Part shown: positions 1 to 7,166 of the stretch, piece by piece
Numbering within the stretch: the stretch's first letter is position 1
Layout: every line of letters begins with the position of its first letter
Source of the DNA: a candidate division FCPU426 bacterium
Lineage (GTDB): Bacteria; Oederibacteriota; JAAXVQ01; JAUVAV01
NCBI GenBank assembly: GCA_030637655.1
Contig: DAOWGI010000003.1
Coordinates: 1 to 24,311, forward strand
Length of the DNA stretch: 24,311 nt
Direction of reading: 5' to 3'
Notes under the pieces: generated by a model
What the model saw: the letters and a program-made list of their open reading frames with translations, nothing else
What the model was told of the DNA's origin: nothing
Databases searched by the model: none
Program-made: the position numbers and the translations under genes

Positions 1-104
1 AAGGGGGTAATTGCAGCATCTAAAAACCGGAAATTTTAATTATCGTTAGAGGGAAAATATAATTGACGCTGATCAACAAGTTCAACCCAAATTATTTCTG
101 CTAT

Positions 105-302
105 GTAATAGGTCAGCGAACTGCGGTTAAACAAAGGTTGTCATACCCCGACCGGAAAAGATATATAAGGACGCTTTAGGCAGCCCGCAGGTAGTAAGTA
201 GGTATCCAGTTACTTTTAATTCCTTTAAAATCAAAACCTCTGGATCCCCGATTAAAACGTTCGGGGATGACAAACAAAAAAATCCCGCGACTGATATGTC
301 AC
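105..302. mobile_element. MITE / palindromic repeat element (GTCAT...ATGAC class), copy 1
   Basis: Imperfect terminal inverted ends GTAATAGGTCAG (105) and CTGATATGTCAC (291-302). Internal palindrome TTGTCAT..CCCCGA...ATCCAG...CTGGATCCCCGA..TCGGGGATGACAA. Related sequence recurs at ~2958-3048 and ~20668-20814. Confidence 0.65.
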
Positions 303-308
303 GAACCC

Positions 309-404
309 TAAAACCGAAATATAAATTTCACAAAATCGAAGTTATCGGTTTTAAAACCAGCCTCAAATCAAGAAATCGGCCCAAATGAAAATCAACCTTT
401 TAGA
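309..404 (+). repeat. 96-bp direct repeat, copy A
   Basis: Ungapped match to 2741-2836; manual count 79/96 identical. Confidence 0.85.
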
Positions 405-550
405 AAGGGATGGAATTGGTTTAAAAAACCGATAGCATGCTTGCGGTGGAAATGGCAAACTGCACAAAGTTCATCAAGAACAAACTTTTTCTGAGCGCGA
501 GATACCACCTGATAACGGTGATAAATGGAAAGGTAGTCTTTTGGACTCAT
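392..550 (-). pseudogene. Truncated N-terminal fragment of a putative IS transposase/integrase (52 aa)
   Basis: AGGAG RBS then MSPKDYLSIYHRYQVVSRAQKKFVLDELCAVCHFHRKHAIGFLNQF. This resembles the recalled N-terminal pattern 'YL..I..RY......K..ILDEFC..CGYHRKHAIRLL' of an integrase-core transposase family. The frame stops just inside direct repeat A. Below the ORF-track length cutoff. Confidence 0.6.
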
Positions 551-564
551 TGGACTCCTATGGT

Positions 565-741
565 CTAATTTCGGCCGGCTTTTTCTCTTGATTTAGTTTC
601 TGTTGTTTGTAATTCAAGACAATAGTTGCTTTTAAGTCCACTTAAATTCCGTTTCCAAGGAGACCAGGTTTTCACCTCTTTATCAGCTTCTTCTATTGAT
701 TCCCAATAATTTTTCTTTTCCTCAATAGTTTTATTTTTCAT
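565..741 (-). CDS. Small hypothetical protein (58 aa) directly downstream of the dCTP deaminase
   Basis: MKNKTIEEKKNYWESIEEADKEVKTWSPWKRNLSGLKSNYCLELQTTETKSREKAGRN. AAAGGA RBS 9 nt before ATG; starts 33 nt after the deaminase stop on the same strand. Not in the ORF track. Confidence 0.65.
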   Translation of the reverse strand: MKNKTIEEKKNYWESIEEADKEVKTWSPWKRNLSGLKSNYCLELQTTETKSREKAGRN

Positions 742-774
742 AATAAATAATCCTTTCTCTTTTTTTGTAATTTT

Positions 775-2259
775 TTAGATTTTTTTTAAATCCTTTATCC
801 GCATTTTTTCTTCCTCTAAATAAGAAGATGGCGACATTGGTAATCGAGGACGTGCTTTAGTTGGCACCCACTTTTTAATTTTTCCAGTTCCTTTTTCTTT
901 TCGTTCCATATTGATACCAGTAGTAGTTACCAGAGAAAACAAGTCAAGATATCGCCGCGGACCTACTCCTTCAAAAGGCACAAAAGACACTTTTTCTTCA
1001 TTCGCTTCTTTTTCTATAGATATTGAATCATCATGTAGTTCTCTCGCAAGACTTTTGGGATATGGTTCAATATATATTACTTTCTTTATGCCCGCCGCAA
1101 GAATATGTTTTGTACAATTATGACATGGGAAAAGTGTAGTATATAAGAAAGCATTTTTAATTATCATTCCCATTCTCACGGCTTGTGTAATTGCATCCAT
1201 TTCAGCATGAACTATACGTCCATATTCGGTAATGTTTTTTAAATAATTATTTTTCTTCAACACTTCTCCAACATTTTTCTTGTTTTCATTTTTAATCAAT
1301 TTATTATCTTCTAAATCTTCAATTATTCCATTAATCAATATATTAATATGTTTAGTATTAGAATCTTCTCCCAGCACATGATCTCTTTGATCATTATTTG
1401 ATTCTACCCAATACAATCCACCGCCAGAGCAAGGAACATCGTTTGTTCCCACAGCAAGGACTTCCCCGTTCTTAGTGGCAATTGCCGCACCTACTTGTCT
1501 GGCTAAAGCCCCTGATCTTAGTGCTGCGGCTTGGGCAAAAAACATTGCATATTCTTCCCGCGTAGGTGTATGAAATGCATTACCAAAAACCAGTTCTACA
1601 AATCTTTCTATCTTTTTCTTTACTTTAGCCTTATCCTCTATTGAAATAAACACATCAGCTAAATGAAAAGTTTTACTGACCTCCTGCCCATATTTTTGCG
1701 GCTCTTTTTGATCACGTAATATTAATGTTTCAGCTTCAGAATAATAATCCTCCCGAGATGATTTATGCCTGGTTCGTGCAATATGTCCAGCTAACGACTC
1801 TTTGCGTTTTTCATGAGAGGAATATACCCCTAATAAAAAGAATCCGGTCCCATACGTCTGTCTTAAAGAAAATACTTCTTCCGATCGTTTTAAAGAACGT
1901 AAAATATATACAACATTTCCCTCTGAAGCTTCAGTATTCTTTCTCCTTTCATTTATTTCCCGAATTGCCAGAACAGAAATAGCATCGCTTTTAGTATAAT
2001 ATTCACACAATTTATTTCCAGCCTTCATTAACGAATCTATTCTGGAACATTCATCTGCTTTCTTGATTTCAAAATCGAACTCACTTTCCTGTTTTTCCAG
2101 TTGTTCAATATGTTTTTCAATCAAAACACTAAGTCTAATCTCTTCGATTCTATATCCTATTTCCTCAAATTTAGCGCGTAATATTTCCATAACATAATCA
2201 AAATCTGTTCCAACTGCACCAACTAATCCAAATACCATCTCTGTTCTTTTCATATCCAT
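775..2259 (-). CDS. Anti-phage dCTP deaminase (AvcD/Dcd-like; N-terminal P-loop kinase-like domain + deoxycytidylate deaminase domain)
   Basis: N-terminal FGLVGAVGTD P-loop-like motif and SLKRSEEV..LR..YG; C-terminal RQVGAAI, GTNDVP, and zinc motifs HAEMDAI and PCHNC. Start placed at ATG 2259 (MDMKR, preceded by GCGGGG) rather than the track's 2334, which lies inside the intron relic. Confidence 0.9.
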   Translation of the reverse strand: MDMKRTEMVFGLVGAVGTDFDYVMEILRAKFEEIGYRIEEIRLSVLIEKHIEQLEKQESEFDFEIKKADECSRIDSLMKAGNKLCEYYTKSDAISVLAIREINERRKNTEASEGNVVYILRSLKRSEEVFSLRQTYGTGFFLLGVYSSHEKRKESLAGHIARTRHKSSREDYYSEAETLILRDQKEPQKYGQEVSKTFHLADVFISIEDKAKVKKKIERFVELVFGNAFHTPTREEYAMFFAQAAALRSGALARQVGAAIATKNGEVLAVGTNDVPCSGGGLYWVESNNDQRDHVLGEDSNTKHINILINGIIEDLEDNKLIKNENKKNVGEVLKKNNYLKNITEYGRIVHAEMDAITQAVRMGMIIKNAFLYTTLFPCHNCTKHILAAGIKKVIYIEPYPKSLARELHDDSISIEKEANEEKVSFVPFEGVGPRRYLDLFSLVTTTGINMERKEKGTGKIKKWVPTKARPRLPMSPSSYLEEEKMRIKDLKKI

Positions 2260-2321
2260 AATTAACCCCGCAGCGACAGTAAAATAATGGTCAAGTTCAC
2301 AGACAATTTTATAAAACCGAA

Positions 2322-2672
2322 GTGAGTCGGCCAAAGTAACTTCCCTTTTAGCCGCTCGTAGAACGATGCGGGAACCTTTCGATTCACACCGCTTCCATTA
2401 ACACGCCTTAATATGGTTCACGCCACCTTTACGCCGGATGCCGCCTCACCAGCAAACAGGTTTCCGTCAGGCTTATCCCATGGTTTTGACCTCACGCAAA
2501 GCTATCGACGCGTTAATCAGTGGTTTGCTTACCTCATTTTATTGAGGTTTTTCCTTATCGCTCACTACCATGGCTTTTGTCCATAACAGCATAAGGTGGT
2601 TTGGAGCCTGTACCTGCATGCTAGCTCCGAAGAGCCCACCTTCATCATTTGTGCCGCTTATCTGTGGCGCAC
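2322..2672 (-). mobile_element. ORF-less, internally deleted group II intron (351 nt; IIB, resembling bacterial class D/RmInt1)
   Basis: 5' end GTGCG at 2672. A 34-nt domain V at 2394-2361 (AAGCGGTGT-GAATC-GAAA-GGTTC-CC-GCATCGTTC) has an AGC triad, GNRA loop and 2-nt bulge. Domain VI GAG-CGGCT...GGCCG-A-CTC has a bulged A at 2327 and ends in AC at 2322. Domain I-like text lies between; there is no RT ORF. Confidence 0.85.
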
Positions 2673-2695
2673 TAAGAAATTTGCTTTTCAAAATA

Positions 2696-2724
2696 AACAT
2701 ATCATTCCTGCCAAAAAGCGTCAA
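2696..2724 (-). promoter_or_regulatory. Sigma70-type promoter for the intron-leader/deaminase transcript
   Basis: TTGACG-17 nt-TATGTT with TGn extended -10; predicted start ~2689, about 17 nt upstream of the intron GTGCG. Confidence 0.6.
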
Positions 2725-2740
2725 TTGCTTTGTTCCGCCT

Positions 2741-2836
2741 TAAAATCTAAATAGAAATTTTACAAAATAGAAGCAATCGGTTTTAAAACAGTCCACAAAT
2801 CACGTAATCAGTCCAAATGAAAACTAACCTTTTAGA
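2741..2836 (+). repeat. 96-bp direct repeat, copy B
   Basis: Ungapped match to 309-404 (79/96). Confidence 0.85.
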
Positions 2837-2870
2837 TGATTTCATTTTCGTCATTGCCGGCAACACGGAG

Positions 2871-2898
2871 GTAGGGGCGTTTAATTAAACGCCCCTAC
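2871..2898. repeat. GTAG-family REP palindrome
   Basis: Perfect palindrome GTAGGGGCGTTTAATTAAACGCCCCTAC. Confidence 0.8.
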
Positions 2899-2957
2899 AA
2901 GATTCCCGATCAAGTATGGAGATGAGCGGAATACACTATTGACATTCAGCTTAAGAG

Positions 2958-3048
2958 CATTCGGACTGCGTCCGCGTCCCAAAAATCGATATCCTTTCCA
3001 GTCGGGGAATAATAACCTTTGTTTAACCGCATTTCACTGACCTGTTAC
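2958..3048. mobile_element. Degenerate MITE copy 2, inverted relative to copy 1
   Basis: 3014-3048 is the reverse complement of 105-139 with 3 mismatches in 35; similarity extends about 40 nt inward (CCCCGAC.GGAAA.GATAT...GGACGC). Confidence 0.7.
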
Positions 3049-3061
3049 TTTGTGTTTTTTC

Positions 3062-3090
3062 TTGACCTAGGATAAATAATAGACCATACT
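3062..3090 (+). promoter_or_regulatory. Sigma70-type promoter upstream of a hairpin RNA candidate
   Basis: TTGACC-17 nt-CATACT; no plus-strand gene follows. Confidence 0.55.
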
Positions 3091-3096
3091 TAATTT

Positions 3097-3189
3097 GAGT
3101 GATAAGTCCACTGTCAGTGGTTTCCGGTGTTCCCTTCCAGCGGTAGGCAAGAGCCGGAACAAGAGTGCTGACAGGGCACGCTCTTTTTT
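3097..3189 (+). ncRNA. Candidate ~93-nt structured small RNA (family not recognised)
   Basis: Starts 7 nt after the -10 box. Nested stems GAGTG/CGCTC, CTGTCAGT/GCTGACAG, TTCCGGT/GCCGGAA and CCT/AGG, followed immediately by T6. GC-rich within AT-rich flanks. Confidence 0.5.
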
Positions 3190-3313
3190 ATGGCAAATAA
3201 AGTGTCTCCCACTTTATTTTTTTCTTATATATATCAAACCATTCGTTGTCTTTTCGTTCGCATTTCCGTAAAATACCCCAGGCAAACGTCTTTGCTGAAT
3301 TTAAGAGTAAATT

Positions 3314-4564
3314 CTAAATCTGTTTTTTCACTTTACAGGTATGCAATCGGTCATTCACTCTGACTTTCTCCGGCACTTTGATGGTTACACTCTCCCCTGG
3401 CTCTGCTGTTTTGCTTACTTTTTCCTCATTTCTTATTTCTGCTATCTTAAACTTGAGTACTCCGGTAGTAGGGCCGGTGAGAATTACCTCGTCATTAACT
3501 TTAAGTTTGCTTGCTTCTATTTTGATGTGCGCTACTTGGTGACGGGCATAATAATTAATAACTTTTCCGCAATAGACCTTACGCTGGGTTGCATGTGAGC
3601 CGTATTTACCGGACCAATCATCCGGCTTTTTACCCAGATAGTATCCTGGAGAATATCCGCGGTGATAGACTTTTTTTAATGGTTCGGATAATTCGGCTAT
3701 CCTTTTTTTCGTATAGGTACCAAGGGCTATGGCATCCAGAGCCTGGCGATAGGCTTTGGTCACTGTGTACACGTATTCTGAAGATCGGCTCCGGCCCTCG
3801 ATTTTCAAAGCCTTCACACCAGTAGCCACAAGCTTGTCTAAAAATTCAATGGTGCATAAATCTTTAGGACTCATGACATAGTTATTATCAATATCCAGCT
3901 CTTCTCCGCTCATTTGATCCACCACAGTATACGCACGCCGGCATAATTGCCGGCATACTCCACGATTGGCCGATTCATTGTGCGCGTACAGAGACATCCA
4001 ACAGCGGCCGGAAATAGCAATGCACCTGGCACCGTGAGCAAAGAGTTCTATCTCCACCAAACGTTTGCCGGGGCCGCATATTTTCCGTTTCTTGATCTGA
4101 TCAACGATCATTTTGATTTGCGCTAGACTTAATTCACGCGCCAGAACAACACGATCCGCAAACTGACTATAAAAACAGAGCGCCTCAATATTTGAAATTG
4201 AGAGCTGGGTCGAAATATGGGTGGCTAGGTTGCACTGCTTACAGTATTGCAGAACTGCCGCGTCTGCTGCAATAACCGCATCGATCTTATATTTTTTAGC
4301 AGCCAGGATTATTTTTTGTGCTTTATTCAGATCGCGGTCATACAACAACGTATTTATGGCCGCATAACAACGAATCCTGGCTTTTGTGCAAATGCGCCGG
4401 ATTTTTGCCAGATCAATGATCCGAAAAGAATCCGTGGACTTCTTGGCACGCATATTAAGATCACTCACGCCAAAATAAACCGCATCGCAGCCGGCCTGGA
4501 TAGCTGCCTGCAGGGCTTCAAAATCTCCGGCCGGAGCCAAGAGTTCAGGAGTTTTATTCATCAT
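3314..4564 (-). CDS. Peptidase U32 family protein (Fe-S-dependent RNA hydroxylase, TrhP/RlhA-like)
   Basis: PELLAPAG, GCDAVYFG, HISTQ, VLARELSL, HGARCIAISGRCWMS, SANRGVCRQLCR, LKIEGR; C-terminal beta-barrel. Start likely MMNKTPELL. Confidence 0.9.
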   Translation of the reverse strand: MMNKTPELLAPAGDFEALQAAIQAGCDAVYFGVSDLNMRAKKSTDSFRIIDLAKIRRICTKARIRCYAAINTLLYDRDLNKAQKIILAAKKYKIDAVIAADAAVLQYCKQCNLATHISTQLSISNIEALCFYSQFADRVVLARELSLAQIKMIVDQIKKRKICGPGKRLVEIELFAHGARCIAISGRCWMSLYAHNESANRGVCRQLCRRAYTVVDQMSGEELDIDNNYVMSPKDLCTIEFLDKLVATGVKALKIEGRSRSSEYVYTVTKAYRQALDAIALGTYTKKRIAELSEPLKKVYHRGYSPGYYLGKKPDDWSGKYGSHATQRKVYCGKVINYYARHQVAHIKIEASKLKVNDEVILTGPTTGVLKFKIAEIRNEEKVSKTAEPGESVTIKVPEKVRVNDRLHTCKVKKQI

Positions 4565-4895
4565 GAAAAGAAGTATATGAAAATACAGCAGAATGGTCAA
4601 ATACTTGTAATACGTTTTAAGTATATTTATTGTGTGATATGACAGTATTTATCTGACAATTACAAGACTCGAAATTTCAACTCCAAATATTTTCACTTAT
4701 GTATTTTCTTTTGAAGCAGGAGTATCCGTTTTTTAATTTGTCATCACCGAAATTTCCAGATGTTCACATTATAAGTGCTCGCATAGATCATAAATATTTA
4801 AAATTCCGATCATGCTCAAAAAAAATTTTCATACTAAGAAAAGACGAATCCTAGTGAATTCCACAATTCAAATCTCTATCCGTTTCTGCTAATTA

Positions 4896-7166
4896 CTACC
4901 GCTTATCCATAAACCCCTTTAATTCCTCATAATACTTATTCCAGGGAGCGCCTAGTTTTTCAGCAGCATATTTATATTCTTTCAGGGCTTGGTCGAATTT
5001 CCTGCTTCTTTCCAGCAACACTGCTAGGTTTGCTCTGGCCTCAGGCCGATCCGGCTGAAGACGTTTTGCTTTGACCCAATATTTTTCAGCATCATAGATT
5101 TTTTTATCCTGCACTGCTTTTATACCAAGATTAACCAGATTTGCATATTCATCCGACCCTTTTGCATTCAGCAATATTCTCTGAGTCATTTTAATATTCT
5201 TTTTGATGGGTTCTGTTAATATCTGCCGCGCTTCATGCTCTATTCTCAGCACTGTTTCTTTATAATATTCATCCCACGGCGAACCATTCGATGCTGCTAG
5301 TCTTTCATAACCGTTTATTGCTTTACTCAAATGCCCACGCATTTCTTGTGCAATAGCAATGTTCGCCTCAGCCTCGTATCTACCCGGCCGCACACTTCCA
5401 GCTTTTGACCACTCCAGAATAGCTTTATCAACTTCCTTATTTAGTACATATTTTACCCCTTCATTTATATGCCCGGCATATTTTCCAGTCCCCGACACTC
5501 GAATAAAACCCCGTGGTTTTCTTTCTGCCGGATTATATCGCTTTAGTGAATAATCACCTGCTAATCGTAGTTTGTCTTTAGGAGTATAATATCCATATTC
5601 TTCAGGATTTTTCGCGTAGTCTTCTAATACCGATTCAAATCTTTCTTTCCTTCCCTTTCTTTCAAATATTATGTTTTTCCCAAATGTTCCAAAAAACCTA
5701 TACTCCTTCATTACGGTCTCAAATATTTTATGCTGTCTGAGCTGACCCAACCAACTTGTAAATATAAAAAATGCCGGTTTGTTGGAAATGAGATCATTTA
5801 TTGTTTTATTCATATATTTAAGCGTTATATTTTTTTCACCAAAAAACATAATATGATGAATAACAATCCCGGACGCTGCATTTCTTTTACTATAAAAATA
5901 TATTGTAGGGGCCAGCCCCCACTGATATATTTTTTCTTCAGGACTTGTTATTTTAGAAATAATTTTTCCCAAAGCTTGTTCTTTAATAATTTTCAGACTC
6001 TCTGTCTTTAAAGCAAATTCCAGCGGGCTGATTTTCAAACTTTTCCATTGGAAATAACCTAAATATCCAAAGGTAATTATTAAAACCAGAGTAAATACTA
6101 GACGTTTTTTGATCTTTTTTTCTTCTAAAAACACACTTAATCTTTTAAAATATAAGGCGGCCATTAATGTCAATGGAGGCAAGAGTACTTGATAATAGTG
6201 TCTAGCTTGTACAGACAACGCACCTATCATCAAAAGCGTTCCGATAAAATATAATGCAACAACTTTCTTAATATCTTTATCACTTTTACCCCTCCAAAAT
6301 AACCAGGCTAAAGATAATACAATCACAATCGCTATTTCTTTAACTATTGGTAAAAATATCAATTTTGGAAGAGATGCTATAAATCGGAATTCATTTAAAA
6401 ATATATTTCCAGCGTAATTTTTCGACGCTTTAAAAACAACATCATAAAAATCATTAAAATTTCCAGCTATTAGAAAAAACACAAATATCAATCCCCATAT
6501 TAAAATGCCAGGAACAATTAACCTGAGCATATCAAGAGCTGTAGACTTCAAATCATATTTTTCTTTTTTTCTAACAATTCTAATAATAAAAAACAAGCTT
6601 AAAGCAAGGAAAACAAAGAACACATTTATTTTAAATACAGATGCCAGCCCAAAACCAATACCAGACAACCATAAATAATTTTTATTGCTTACTATGTATT
6701 CACAAAATGCCCAGATCGCAAACAGTAACAGAGTATTTAAAAATATCTCGGTATTCGGTTGATGTGCTCCTACACTATATGACATCGATATCATGGCCCA
6801 TATGAGAGCACCTATAAGTGCAATAGAATTGCCTGCGCTCTTTTTAAGCAGAAGAAACAAGAATATCAAAGAGAGTAACGAAAATATACTCCCCAACCAA
6901 TAATAAGTATGTTGGTTGTATCCTCCAATCATTTCCGCAAACATATAGAGAAAATAGATACCTGGAGGTTTATTATCTATCAAATCACTATATAACACTT
7001 CCCCTTCAAGCATTTGATGTCCTACATAAGCATACACACACATATCATGGTGAAGGGGTTCATTTACTTTCTGAACACGATTAAACAAAAGCAATCCAAT
7101 GATTGTAACCAATGCAACAATTGGCCAATATTTATTATTATGAAATAATTGCTTTAGTATTTTCAT
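4896..7166 (-). CDS. GT-C fold membrane glycosyltransferase (ArnT/PMT-like) with C-terminal duplicated TPR-like modules
   Basis: HD..YAYVG...LYSDLIDNKPPGIY motif, ~11 hydrophobic helices, RHYY..LLPP; two helical repeats with P.R.EA.AN.A...E motif at the C-terminus. Confidence 0.8.
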   Translation of the reverse strand: MKILKQLFHNNKYWPIVALVTIIGLLLFNRVQKVNEPLHHDMCVYAYVGHQMLEGEVLYSDLIDNKPPGIYFLYMFAEMIGGYNQHTYYWLGSIFSLLSLIFLFLLLKKSAGNSIALIGALIWAMISMSYSVGAHQPNTEIFLNTLLLFAIWAFCEYIVSNKNYLWLSGIGFGLASVFKINVFFVFLALSLFFIIRIVRKKEKYDLKSTALDMLRLIVPGILIWGLIFVFFLIAGNFNDFYDVVFKASKNYAGNIFLNEFRFIASLPKLIFLPIVKEIAIVIVLSLAWLFWRGKSDKDIKKVVALYFIGTLLMIGALSVQARHYYQVLLPPLTLMAALYFKRLSVFLEEKKIKKRLVFTLVLIITFGYLGYFQWKSLKISPLEFALKTESLKIIKEQALGKIISKITSPEEKIYQWGLAPTIYFYSKRNAASGIVIHHIMFFGEKNITLKYMNKTINDLISNKPAFFIFTSWLGQLRQHKIFETVMKEYRFFGTFGKNIIFERKGRKERFESVLEDYAKNPEEYGYYTPKDKLRLAGDYSLKRYNPAERKPRGFIRVSGTGKYAGHINEGVKYVLNKEVDKAILEWSKAGSVRPGRYEAEANIAIAQEMRGHLSKAINGYERLAASNGSPWDEYYKETVLRIEHEARQILTEPIKKNIKMTQRILLNAKGSDEYANLVNLGIKAVQDKKIYDAEKYWVKAKRLQPDRPEARANLAVLLERSRKFDQALKEYKYAAEKLGAPWNKYYEELKGFMDKR

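Noticed and set aside
63-95. TTGACG possible promoter near the window start
   Set aside because: No acceptable -10 box at the proper spacing.
2260-2334. 25-aa N-terminal extension of the deaminase
   Set aside because: The start lies within intron domain VI; the family-like sequence and RBS point to ATG 2259 (or 2253).
2539-2724. 61-aa ORF in the track upstream of the deaminase
   Set aside because: Its TTG start is the -35 box, and the frame runs through intron domain I-like sequence; no RBS.
309-2836. Integron attC sites or CRISPR repeats
   Set aside because: No RYYYAAC...GTTRRRY palindrome, no integrase, and no regular repeat-spacer periodicity.
3097-3189. SRP RNA, tRNA or 6S RNA identity for the hairpin
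   Set aside because: Diagnostic motifs, cloverleaf and length do not fit.
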